Part shown: in pieces, positions 27,022 through 35,790 of the stretch
Position numbering within the stretch: the first letter of the stretch is position 1
How the letters are laid out: every line of letters starts with the position of its first letter
Source of the DNA: a virus
DNA: 64,000 nt
Strand: one strand, 5' to 3'
IMG/VR virus record: IMGVR_UViG_3300031146_000002
Coordinates: 177-64,176 of that record
Made by a program: the position numbers and the translations under genes
Notes under the pieces: generated by a model
Database searches by the model: none
The model's input: the letters and a program-made list of their open reading frames with translations, nothing else
Told to the model about the DNA's origin: nothing

Positions 27022-27985
27022 CATACGCCGGGTTCAGCAGCGCACCAGCCACTGACTGGCACACGCCGATGCCGTAGGCGAAGTCCTCTTCCCACGACGA
27101 CCGTGGTCTGAACCGCACCAGCACCGCCATGGCCCACGTCTTGGAGACCGCCATGCAGTTGACCCGCCACAGCCCGTCGCGCACGTAGTGGTTCCACCCG
27201 TTCTTGATCGCCACCCGGCTCCGCCCCGGCTCGGGCAGGACGTCACGGATGCCCCAGTCACCGATCCGCACGGTCCGCATCGCATCGAGCAGCCACGGAG
27301 TCCACTGTGGCCCTGCGGCTCGCCCGTCGGCGATGCAGTCCGCCACCCGGGCGGCGTCCGCGGCGGACACGCTGACGAACGACCAGCCGCCACCGGGGGT
27401 GGTGTCGGTCAGGCCGCAGGTGGCGATCATCCGACGGAAGGTCTCGTCACCACCGAGCCGCCGGTACAGGGTCTGGGCCGCCGCGTTGTCGCTGTCCCGG
27501 ATCATCGTGTCCAGCAGCTCCCCGTCGCCCTCGGTCAGGTGCGGGGTACGCGCCAGGTAATCGGCCGCCAGCCACGCCTTGAGCATCGACGCCGGCCACG
27601 TCGTCTCGTGCATGGTGGGCGACCCCCACAGCTGGCCGGTGGCCCGGTCGAGGACCGCGTACCCGACCCACACCCCGTCGTCGATGCGCACGGCCGCGGG
27701 CCGGAACCGGCCGGTCGGGGTCGGCGGAGCGAACGGCGACTCCGCGACCGGAGCGGAGAGCGCTACCTGCTCCTGAGCAATGGTGGCGGGGTTCTCCTGA
27801 GAGAGCGTGGCCGGGGTCGCGACGAGCGACAGCACCGAGAGCCAGACGACGACGCGACGCCACCATCTGCGGATGTTCGGGTCCGACACGCCGCGGATGA
27901 TGTCGAGGCCGAGATGCTTGCGTCCCCAATCCGCCCCAGCTAGCGTCTCAATCACGTGGGGCTCCATTGAGGGAACTGCATCCAA
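27014..27985 (-). CDS. Secreted or membrane-anchored serine hydrolase, class A beta-lactamase/DD-peptidase fold
   Basis: SxxK (ASMLK), SDN and K(T/N)G (IKNGW) motifs; N-terminal hydrophobic segment; start uncertain. Confidence 0.85.
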   Translation of the reverse strand: MDAVPSMEPHVIETLAGADWGRKHLGLDIIRGVSDPNIRRWWRRVVVWLSVLSLVATPATLSQENPATIAQEQVALSAPVAESPFAPPTPTGRFRPAAVRIDDGVWVGYAVLDRATGQLWGSPTMHETTWPASMLKAWLAADYLARTPHLTEGDGELLDTMIRDSDNAAAQTLYRRLGGDETFRRMIATCGLTDTTPGGGWSFVSVSAADAARVADCIADGRAAGPQWTPWLLDAMRTVRIGDWGIRDVLPEPGRSRVAIKNGWNHYVRDGLWRVNCMAVSKTWAMAVLVRFRPRSSWEEDFAYGIGVCQSVAGALLNPAYGR

Positions 27986-28100
27986 GCTCAGCTTGGCTCC
28001 ACCACCATCCCGGCATTGCTGGACCCCACAACCCCGTCAACCGCGAGCACGTTGAGGGGCAGACCAGATGGTCTGCCCCTCAACGCTTGTTCAGGATCGG

Positions 28101-29417
28101 CTACTCCTCCAGGCTGCCCTTCACGAACGCCTCGGGCCGGTCCACCGTCAGGCAGATCCGCTCGTAGGCGCGGACCGTCACGACGCGCCGCTCGAAGTTG
28201 TCCTGGTTCTCGGTCGAGAAGTCGACCTGGGCGCCCCGCCGCTCGAACAGCTGGGCCCCCATGCCGAAGGCGCCGACGAGGTAGGTGCCCTGGGCGATCG
28301 CCGTGGTCGGAATGACCCGAGTCCGCCACACCCGGAGGGTGGAGCCGTCCTGGATCGAGGTGACCAGCGTCAGCCGGCCCATGTCGTCCTTCTCGAGCTC
28401 CATCTCCTCCCAGTCGAGCGGGTTCACGACCACGCCCGTGGCCTGGTACTCGGCCAGCTGGACGCGGGTGAGAGCCCGCCGGATGGTGGAGGTCATCGGG
28501 TCACCGGGGCGGCTGGCCCGGTTGAAGGTCTGCACCCCCGGCGTCTGGAAGATGCCGCGGATGTTGGGGTCCTGGCCGTCGCCGTGCAGGATGTCGTAGT
28601 CCTCGGCGAGGCGGAGGCCCTCGCGCATCTTGCCGTCGATCACGTTCCGCAGCCGGGGCTCGTCCTCGAGCACCGTCTGGTGGATGTAGTCGATGTGCCG
28701 AATCTCCGAGATCGGGTACGACACGTTCTCGAAGGTGATCTTGGAGCGCGGCGCCTTCCCGAACGTGTCGGTGTCGCCACCGGTCGGCGCGCTCTCCCCG
28801 TCGGCCGCGGTGCGCTCACGCACACCCCGGGCCGCGTTGACGAAGCCCGTCTGCCGGATGCCCCAGATCACCGCCGCCGTCGTCTGCTCCGGCGGGAACA
28901 GCTCCCGCAGGTGGTACGACCGGTCCGGCTGGACGACGATCGGCCGCTGCATGTCGCTGCCGAACGCCTGCCGGGTCAGCGTGCCGGCCGCCAGGCTCCA
29001 GACGTCCTTGGCCTCCATGCCGGCGGTGCTGTCCCACCACGAGGCGTCCTTGATCTCGATCGAGACCGAGTGACGCGACCGGTCGGCGCGCCACGCCTTC
29101 CACGCCTCGCTCTCGATGACGGCCTGGCCGATCGACTTGACCGACGGCCCGGCGGGCATGTACGGGTTGGCGTCCACCCCGCTGCCCTCGGGGGCGTCCA
29201 GGTAGGACTTGACGCGGTTGCCGGTCTCGATGGCCTTGCACGCCGCCTCGATCTGCTGGATCTCGTCCAGCAGCGCCTTCATGGCCTCGGACTGGCCCTG
29301 CGGCAGGACAACGGTGTCGCCCTTGACCTGGATCTGCTGGGTGATGCTGTCCAGCTCGGCTTGCTTCTGGTCAAGGACCTTGCGCAGGTCCTTGAGCGTG
29401 TCGGTTGCGGTAGGCAC
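28101..29417 (-). CDS. Major capsid protein, HK97 fold
   Basis: Coiled-coil delta domain; AEDYDILHGDG, VVVNPLDW, NFERRVVTVRAYER; GAGGAG RBS before GTG. Confidence 0.93.
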   Translation of the reverse strand: MPTATDTLKDLRKVLDQKQAELDSITQQIQVKGDTVVLPQGQSEAMKALLDEIQQIEAACKAIETGNRVKSYLDAPEGSGVDANPYMPAGPSVKSIGQAVIESEAWKAWRADRSRHSVSIEIKDASWWDSTAGMEAKDVWSLAAGTLTRQAFGSDMQRPIVVQPDRSYHLRELFPPEQTTAAVIWGIRQTGFVNAARGVRERTAADGESAPTGGDTDTFGKAPRSKITFENVSYPISEIRHIDYIHQTVLEDEPRLRNVIDGKMREGLRLAEDYDILHGDGQDPNIRGIFQTPGVQTFNRASRPGDPMTSTIRRALTRVQLAEYQATGVVVNPLDWEEMELEKDDMGRLTLVTSIQDGSTLRVWRTRVIPTTAIAQGTYLVGAFGMGAQLFERRGAQVDFSTENQDNFERRVVTVRAYERICLTVDRPEAFVKGSLEE

Positions 29418-29563
29418 GGTGGTGCTCCTCAGCTCCTCATGCGAACACAGACCCGAATGGATGGGTCGATGACGAGTGGGATGTGCCTGGGTTGCTGTTC
29501 GCCGCGCCGCCTGGCCAACACCGGGACGCCCTCGCAGCATCCGCAGCCCGAGGCTGATGCGGC

Positions 29564-29591
29564 ACGCTAGAGGGCGCCCAATGTTTGTGTC
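29564..29591 (-). promoter_or_regulatory. Putative late promoter (capsid)
   Basis: GACACAAA-N14-TAGCGT. Confidence 0.55.
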
Positions 29592-29602
29592 TCGTCGCCG
29601 GT

Positions 29603-31459
29603 TCAGGCGATCGGGGCTCGCCCGACAGACGCGAGGAGCTGGTTGAGCTCGTCGACGGACATGGTTTCGACCTGGCCACCGTCCTTGGTGGACAGGTCCC
29701 CGGTGCCGTCGCCGTCCACAACCTCGACGTCCTTCTCGGACAGCATGTCGAGGACGTTCTTCACCTCGCCCTCGATGCCGGAAGGCACCGGCACACCGGC
29801 ACTCGCCGCGAGGACCACCGAGTCCACGATCTCGTTGAGCGCGGAGCGGAGCGCCGCCTTGTCGACCGCGCTGGTGTCCGGCTGCTCGTAGCTCTTGCCC
29901 TCGGTGTCGGTCTCGTCGTTGAGGTCCGTGTTCGGCCGGATGACGGTCGCGCTGATCTCCACCGGAACCGGGGTACCGAGCCGAACCTCGGGGACCCCGC
30001 TGCTGGAGTCAATGGTGTACTCGACCTCGTAGGTCTCGGTCACCGACGGTCCGCGGTCCGGGGAGATGTGCACGCAGAAGACCGCCCGGTCGGGGTAGGT
30101 GCCGATGATCCGCACCCACCAGTGCGGCCTCTCCTCGCTGTCCTCGTCGTCCTCGTCGTACTCGTCGAGCAGGTCGGCGAGGATGTCGTCCCGGACGAGC
30201 TCCTCCACCGCGTGCTCGACCCGCTCGCGGGTCTCCTCGTACGAGCCCGCGAGGACCTCCATGAGCTTGACCTCGACCCCATCCAGTCCGTCGGCCACGA
30301 TCGGGGTCGCGCCTGCGAGCAGGATCTGGTCGTCGGTGGACAGGGCCTTGCCCTGGGCCTGGGTGCGCTTGCGGTGCTCGGCGTTCCACTGCCGGCGCCG
30401 CTCCCGCTCCGCGGCCATCACCTTGTCGAACGCCTCCTGCCACTGGCGGCGCCGTTCGCGCTCCTCCTGCTGCAGCCGCTTCTTCTCGTCGCCCTCGGCC
30501 GCGTCGATGCGGCGCTCGGCATCGAGCCGGCGCTGCTTCTCGGCCAGCCGCTCCTTGTCCATGGCCGAATCGAAGGCGTCCCGCCGGTCCATCTCCTCGT
30601 TCCGGGACGCGATCGCCGCCTCGTCCCGGCGGCTTCGGCTGCTGCCGCCACCGCCGCGGCCCTCCACGAAGCGGGTGTCGCCGGCGAGCACACGGGACAG
30701 CCAGTTCTGCGGCAACGCGAATCCGCCACCGCGGCGGGACCGGTCGTCATCGTCGTCATCATCGTCGTCGTCGGCCCACTGGCCACCGTCCGGCCGTCCG
30801 GCGGGGACGCGCGGCTGGTTGGGGTCGTACTTCACCTCGGTCGGGTCGGTGACGAAGCCGGTGGGCGTGGGCTCGGCGGGTTCGTCCTTGGTCTCCATGG
30901 TGGCCGTGTCGTCCGGTCCGGCGTCCTTGGCTGCGAGGGTCATGGTCAGCGGAGCGGCACCGTGGGCGACGTCAGACCACTCCCACAGGTCGATGTCACG
31001 CAGCTCGCGAACGCCGTCCTTCCGCCGGACGGCACCGTTGGGACCGTGCGGGTTGTAGCCGATCGACCACTGGCCCTCGGCACCGAAGAACTTGGCGTCC
31101 TCGAAGGCGTCGCGGCCGTCCTTCGTGTTGAGGTTGTACTGGGCCTTGACGTAGAGGGCCCCGGCCTCCTTCGGCCACGGGGTCACGCCGTCGGCCAACG
31201 TCTTGGGCAGCCGCGGGTCGCCAGGCATCCACTCCTCGATCACCAACGCCTTGGCGACCTTGCGGGTCTTGTCGTGGTAGCGCAGCCCGATGGGCTTGAG
31301 CTGCTTGAGGGTGCGCTGGTACGCGCCGGGGATGATGATGTCCTTCTGCCGGTCAACGACCCCGGTGATGGAGACGAGCGCCTCGACGATGCCCTGCTCC
31401 TCGTCGACGCCGAGCACGGTGCTCGTACCGGGGTCAGCCTGCTTGTACTCGATTCCCAC
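29603..31459 (-). CDS. Prohead protease (HK97 family) with long C-terminal extension containing the effector tag
   Basis: GIVEALVSITGVVDRQKDII.PGAY, GLRYHD, WSIGY, LWEWSDV..GA; then EVKYDPNQPRVPAGRPDGGQW. Confidence 0.9.
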   Translation of the reverse strand: MGIEYKQADPGTSTVLGVDEEQGIVEALVSITGVVDRQKDIIIPGAYQRTLKQLKPIGLRYHDKTRKVAKALVIEEWMPGDPRLPKTLADGVTPWPKEAGALYVKAQYNLNTKDGRDAFEDAKFFGAEGQWSIGYNPHGPNGAVRRKDGVRELRDIDLWEWSDVAHGAAPLTMTLAAKDAGPDDTATMETKDEPAEPTPTGFVTDPTEVKYDPNQPRVPAGRPDGGQWADDDDDDDDDDRSRRGGGFALPQNWLSRVLAGDTRFVEGRGGGGSSRSRRDEAAIASRNEEMDRRDAFDSAMDKERLAEKQRRLDAERRIDAAEGDEKKRLQQEERERRRQWQEAFDKVMAAERERRRQWNAEHRKRTQAQGKALSTDDQILLAGATPIVADGLDGVEVKLMEVLAGSYEETRERVEHAVEELVRDDILADLLDEYDEDDEDSEERPHWWVRIIGTYPDRAVFCVHISPDRGPSVTETYEVEYTIDSSSGVPEVRLGTPVPVEISATVIRPNTDLNDETDTEGKSYEQPDTSAVDKAALRSALNEIVDSVVLAASAGVPVPSGIEGEVKNVLDMLSEKDVEVVDGDGTGDLSTKDGGQVETMSVDELNQLLASVGRAPIA

Positions 31460-31492
31460 CGGAGTCCTCCGCCGTTGGTGATGGTCCGGCGC

Positions 31493-31520
31493 ATCGTGAC
31501 CCCGGCCGTCGGCTTACGTC
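31493..31520 (-). promoter_or_regulatory. Putative late promoter (protease)
   Basis: GACGTAAG-N14-CACGAT. Confidence 0.65.
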
Positions 31521-33877
31521 CCAGTCGCGGCGAGCTCAGCCATGAGGGTTCGGGTGCGGCGCAGCGAGTAACGGATGCGGCACCGGCAGTTGATGACCTC
31601 CTGCGGCGGGCCGAGCGGGTCGCGCGGGTACCGCAGCATCGCACCGCCGACCAAGAACGGCCGGCCGACCGGCTGTGTCTGGCCGTCCGCCACCCGGTGG
31701 GTGGGCCGAACACGGTCGTCGCGCTTGGAGATCCAGGTGCCGGCGACGGTGAAGCCGAGCTTACCGAGCAGGGTCACGGCGGCGTGCCGGCCGGACTCGA
31801 TGGCCGAGGCGGTCGCGGTGTTGGCCAGGCGCCGTGCCCAGCCGATCATGTCGATGGACCGGATGGCTCGCTCCATGTCGGCGATTGACGCCCCCTGGTG
31901 GTCCATCTGGGACAGTCGGTTCGCGAGGCTGGCGGCGGCGCCGGCCGCGGCGAGCCCGACGGCGGTGGCGACCACGGCCACGGCTTCGTACACGGCGGCG
32001 GACAGGTCGACCGCGGACACGGCCACCTTGCCCTGGACCGGCTGCTCACCGGTCAGGTCCACCACGGTGCGCAGGGCCGCCTCGTCGCCGGCGGTGGTGA
32101 GCAGGTGGGTCACGGCCTGGACAGCCTCCGACCGCCACCGGTCCGGGTTGACTGCGGACATGACGTCGAGCACCCGGTCACCGACCCGCTGGTCGACCGG
32201 CATGTTCGGGTCCGGGGTCCAGTGGCGGGTGCCGCTGCGCAGCTTCGGCGACCGCAGGCGGGCGATCGTGCGCTCCGTCCACCGGTCGACCAGCCCGACA
32301 AGCGCGGCCGCGACGCGGGCTTCGGCGAGGTCCTGGGCGCGTTCGTCGAGTTCGGACGTTGCGGTGTCGTCCGCCTTGGTCTGCAGGGCCAACGGCTGGC
32401 CCGCCTGGGTGGCGGCCTGCTGCCCGTCCTGCCGCATGGCGGCGAGCTGATCGACGGGGGTCGCGAGCGGCGACCGCTCCTGGTCGACCGGCAGCTGGCC
32501 AGCCTGTGCCGGCTGCCCGGGCAGCCCGGGCTGCTGTGCCTCGGCGGCTCCGGGTGGCAACTCGCCGGCCATCTGCTGCTGTGCGCTGGGCAGCTGAACC
32601 CGCTCCTCGGCGCCGTCCTCCTGGTCGAGCGCCGTCTTACCGCTGGTGGCGAACCACAGCGCCCGGGTCTCCGGGGTCTCCTTCACCTCGTCGGTCAGGC
32701 CCGCCAGCTTCGCATACGACCAGATCGACCGGACACCGGCGGCAACCTCCTGCAGGGCGAGCTGCTTCTTCCTGGTGAGCGGGATCTGCAGCTCCTCGAC
32801 CTCGCTGACGTCAAAGAACGGCTCCAGCTTGGGGTTGTCCCGGTCGTGCAGCTTCGCGGCGATGATGCGGAGGATCGGCAGCATCGTGATGCGCCAGAAG
32901 ATGTACGCCTCCGCCTCGGCGTTGTCGTAGGTGCGGCCCGAGGCGTTGCCCAGCTGGGACTCGGGAACGCCGAACGCGGCGAGGGTCTCGATCTTCGCGT
33001 TCTGCGCCAGCTCCTTGTACTGCATGTCCCGCGGCCGGCTGGACAAGTCCACGAACTCAGCGCCGCCCATGTCCTGGCCGTCAGCGACGACGATTTTGCC
33101 GGCGTCGATCGGGCCGACGCCGAAGGCTTTCTCCAGCCGCTTCACGGTTGCGTCGGACGCCTGCCCCTTGAGCGTGACGATGCCGCGGATGTTGCCGTCG
33201 TTGCTCATCCACGAAACGTTGACCAGCCGGCCGAGGTCGTCCATCTGCACCGACAGGCCGGCCGCCGACATCGGGGTGACGGACCGGTACGGGTCGAGGG
33301 GGTGGTCGTTCTTGATCCACCGGATGTTCCGCATCTCCTCGCCGATGATCTTCCGGATGTTGCCGTCCGGGTACAGGACCTCGAACCGGTCGAGCAGCTG
33401 CGGGCCGGGGGAGGGGACTGGCACGGTGCGGTTGGGCGGGAGCACGTCGAGTCGAATCACGTCACCGCGGCGGGAAAACGTGGGCTCGACGAACACGCCA
33501 CGCGGCGACATCAGCAGCTGCGCGGCGATGCGCTTCTTGATCCCGGGGCCGGAGGTGAGCGGGTTGGCTTCGGGGCCGTTGAGGACCTCGTACATCGGGT
33601 GGTCCTCGATGACCTTGCCCTGGCCGTCGCCCTTCTTCTCCCGGTACCGGAACGGCAGCGCCGCCACATGGCTCGTGATGGTTTCGATGGCCTTGAATGC
33701 CCAGACGGTGCGCTCGTACACCTCGACGACCGCCCGCTCGACGTCGTACTCCCGCCGCGGCGAGCGGGCGCGCGACATGACGTACGGGTTGTTCGGCCAG
33801 AGGTCGTACGTGAACGGCACGAAGGGCGTGAACGCCTTGGCGGCCAGCGCCTTGCGCAACTCTGGGAACCAAGTCAT
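31514..33877 (-). CDS. Portal protein fused to MuF (gpF-like) domain
   Basis: HK97-type portal N-terminus; C-terminal WISKRDDRVRPTH...RYPRDP.GP.QEVINCRC. Confidence 0.9.
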   Translation of the reverse strand: MTWFPELRKALAAKAFTPFVPFTYDLWPNNPYVMSRARSPRREYDVERAVVEVYERTVWAFKAIETITSHVAALPFRYREKKGDGQGKVIEDHPMYEVLNGPEANPLTSGPGIKKRIAAQLLMSPRGVFVEPTFSRRGDVIRLDVLPPNRTVPVPSPGPQLLDRFEVLYPDGNIRKIIGEEMRNIRWIKNDHPLDPYRSVTPMSAAGLSVQMDDLGRLVNVSWMSNDGNIRGIVTLKGQASDATVKRLEKAFGVGPIDAGKIVVADGQDMGGAEFVDLSSRPRDMQYKELAQNAKIETLAAFGVPESQLGNASGRTYDNAEAEAYIFWRITMLPILRIIAAKLHDRDNPKLEPFFDVSEVEELQIPLTRKKQLALQEVAAGVRSIWSYAKLAGLTDEVKETPETRALWFATSGKTALDQEDGAEERVQLPSAQQQMAGELPPGAAEAQQPGLPGQPAQAGQLPVDQERSPLATPVDQLAAMRQDGQQAATQAGQPLALQTKADDTATSELDERAQDLAEARVAAALVGLVDRWTERTIARLRSPKLRSGTRHWTPDPNMPVDQRVGDRVLDVMSAVNPDRWRSEAVQAVTHLLTTAGDEAALRTVVDLTGEQPVQGKVAVSAVDLSAAVYEAVAVVATAVGLAAAGAAASLANRLSQMDHQGASIADMERAIRSIDMIGWARRLANTATASAIESGRHAAVTLLGKLGFTVAGTWISKRDDRVRPTHRVADGQTQPVGRPFLVGGAMLRYPRDPLGPPQEVINCRCRIRYSLRRTRTLMAELAATGT

Positions 33878-34101
33878 CAGCTACGGCTCCGCGACAGGCG
33901 GGCGCCGGCAGCGATCGCGAGCCCCGACAGCCACGCCCAGCCCAGGCGGGTGTCGAAACCAAACGTCACGGTCGTCATGCCGGCCGCCCCGACAAGCAGC
34001 AGGACGAGGCCAGCCAGCTCGCGCAGCAGCTGTCGAGAGACACGGACGACGTTCTTCTCGTCGTCCTTCCACACGGCGCGAGGGTCGGCGGGGTTTGTCA
34101 C
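33877..34101 (-). CDS. Small two-TM protein preceding portal
   Basis: Hydrophobic; TGATG coupling to portal; start revised. Confidence 0.65.
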   Translation of the reverse strand: MTNPADPRAVWKDDEKNVVRVSRQLLRELAGLVLLLVGAAGMTTVTFGFDTRLGWAWLSGLAIAAGARLSRSRS

Positions 34102-34108
34102 GCGCCGC

Positions 34109-34136
34109 ACCGTAGGCGCCGGTGGATGCTTGTGTC
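34109..34136 (-). promoter_or_regulatory. Putative late promoter (portal operon)
   Basis: GACACAAG-N14-TACGGT-N7-GTG. Confidence 0.65.
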
Positions 34137-34148
34137 CGATCTACCTAC

Positions 34149-34577
34149 TCAGGCGACGGCACGCCAGCCGGCGATGACCTCCAGGGGCGGCATGGGAGGC
34201 CGCTGGTAGTTGTGCGGCTCCTCGTGGAGGTGCTCGCACTTCGTGTAGAGGTCGTTGTGGATCGGGCACTTGCGCTTGCGCCGCACCCCGATCGGCCCGC
34301 CCCGCAGGTGGGTGTTGTTGTTCGGGTCGTTGGCCACGCACGGTTCGTCCCGCACGTCGTCGAACGGCCGGCGGCACGAGTTGCAGAAGACCTCGAGCAC
34401 GATGACCTTTGTGTTGATCGGCAGGACCATCGCGGCATCTCGGGCAATCCGGGCCGGATCGTCCTCATCCTCGACCGGAACGTAGGTGGCGGCCACCCAA
34501 TCGTGGTCGGCACCGGTCTGGTGTCCAGTGCGGGCGGCACGCGCGGCAAGGGTCACAGGCACGACGACCTCCTGCAA
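34149..34577 (-). CDS. Hypothetical CxxC protein
   Basis: VFCNSCRRPFDDV..EPC...HLRGGP; start uncertain. Confidence 0.6.
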   Translation of the reverse strand: MQEVVVPVTLAARAARTGHQTGADHDWVAATYVPVEDEDDPARIARDAAMVLPINTKVIVLEVFCNSCRRPFDDVRDEPCVANDPNNNTHLRGGPIGVRRKRKCPIHNDLYTKCEHLHEEPHNYQRPPMPPLEVIAGWRAVA

Positions 34578-34737
34578 GTTGGGGAGGGGCAGGCAGCATT
34601 CGTCCGCAGGGGTGAGTGACGGCGGCCGGCCAATGACGTAGGTTGGCTCTCAGTGGCCGCCCACCCCACTTTAGTGGTGCGGTGACGTGAAACCTAGACT
34701 GAAGTGGTGAGGCAGCGCAAGAGGGGACCCGACGGCA

Positions 34738-35139
34738 GTGGCCGACTTCAAGTCAAAGCTGAACGCTCTCATCGGCCAGAGTCGCGATCCGAAGACCGGT
34801 CGGCCGTACACGAACGCGCAGATCGCCCGAGAGGTCGGGGTATCGGAGTCGCTCATCGGACAGCTCCGAAGCGGTGTGCGCGCCAACCCGACGTGGCAGA
34901 CCATCGACGCCCTCGCCAAGTTCTTCAAGGTCCCGGTTGGCTACTTCTTTGACGAGCAGCCGGAGCAACCGTCCACCGTGGACCCGAGAGTCCAGGAAGC
35001 CCTACGGAACGCCGGTGTGGTCCACATCGCGACGCGCGCAGCAGAGCTGTCAGAAGATGGGCTTAGAACCGTCATGGACGTCATCGACGCCGTGCTCGCC
35101 CGCGAGCAGCTGGACCGTCAATCCCGCCCGAACGGTTGA
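34738..35139 (+). CDS. XRE-family HTH regulator (EspR-like)
   Basis: YTNAQIAREVGVSESLIGQLRSG.RANPTWQTIDALAKFFKVPVGYF. Confidence 0.88.
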   Translation: MADFKSKLNALIGQSRDPKTGRPYTNAQIAREVGVSESLIGQLRSGVRANPTWQTIDALAKFFKVPVGYFFDEQPEQPSTVDPRVQEALRNAGVVHIATRAAELSEDGLRTVMDVIDAVLAREQLDRQSRPNG

Positions 35140-35205
35140 CGGGCGGCTCGCCGGGCGGGCGATTGTGGAAGCAACTAGCTAGATCACTACTCTTGCCCTT
35201 GCGCC

Positions 35206-35790
35206 GTGTCGCTGTTTGATCACGGAGGGCAGCACTTGACAGCGCATTCCCTGGATCTCCTACGCGACGTCGCGGACAGGGTGGATCTACCTGATCCGTG
35301 GAGCTTGTCCGCGTTCGCGGAGCATGTGAGCAGGCAGCGGGGCAGGCCGTTTCACCTGCTGCCGATGAGGCTGGCCGACCTTCACGGCATTTGGGTCGCC
35401 ACTGAAGAGGCCGATTACGTGGCGTACGAGGTCCAGACGTCCAAGCCGCACCAGGCCCAGATCGTTCTCCACGAGTTCGCGCACATGGTGCTCCAGCACG
35501 AGCCACGCTCGGGCGAAGATCTCGCCTTGCACCGCAGGGCCCGGCTGCCGTACCAGGCGTGGGAGGAGAGGCACGCCGAGGCTTTGGCGTCACTGCTGCT
35601 CCAACGGATCGGCCTGACCCCGGCGCCGCAACTCACCGATGTCCTGTCACCAGCAGCGGCCAGGGTCGTCGGCACTTTCATGGCAGCCGAGAAGGCCGGG
35701 AAGGAGCGAGGGCATCATGATCAAGGCGCTGCTGGCCATCTCCCTGTGGCTGTGCGTGGCCGGGCTCGGGTTCATCCTGCACACGCATAG
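35206..35790 (+). CDS. ImmA/IrrE-like metallopeptidase
   Basis: IVLHEFAHMVLQH and EERHAEALA. Confidence 0.8.
   Translation: MSLFDHGGQHLTAHSLDLLRDVADRVDLPDPWSLSAFAEHVSRQRGRPFHLLPMRLADLHGIWVATEEADYVAYEVQTSKPHQAQIVLHEFAHMVLQHEPRSGEDLALHRRARLPYQAWEERHAEALASLLLQRIGLTPAPQLTDVLSPAAARVVGTFMAAEKAGKERGHHDQGAAGHLPVAVRGRARVHPAHA

Noticed and set aside
27014-27985. Antibiotic-resistance beta-lactamase
   Set aside because: The fold is shared with many actinobacterial serine hydrolases; I cannot confirm the class A omega-loop Glu, so resistance is unsupported.
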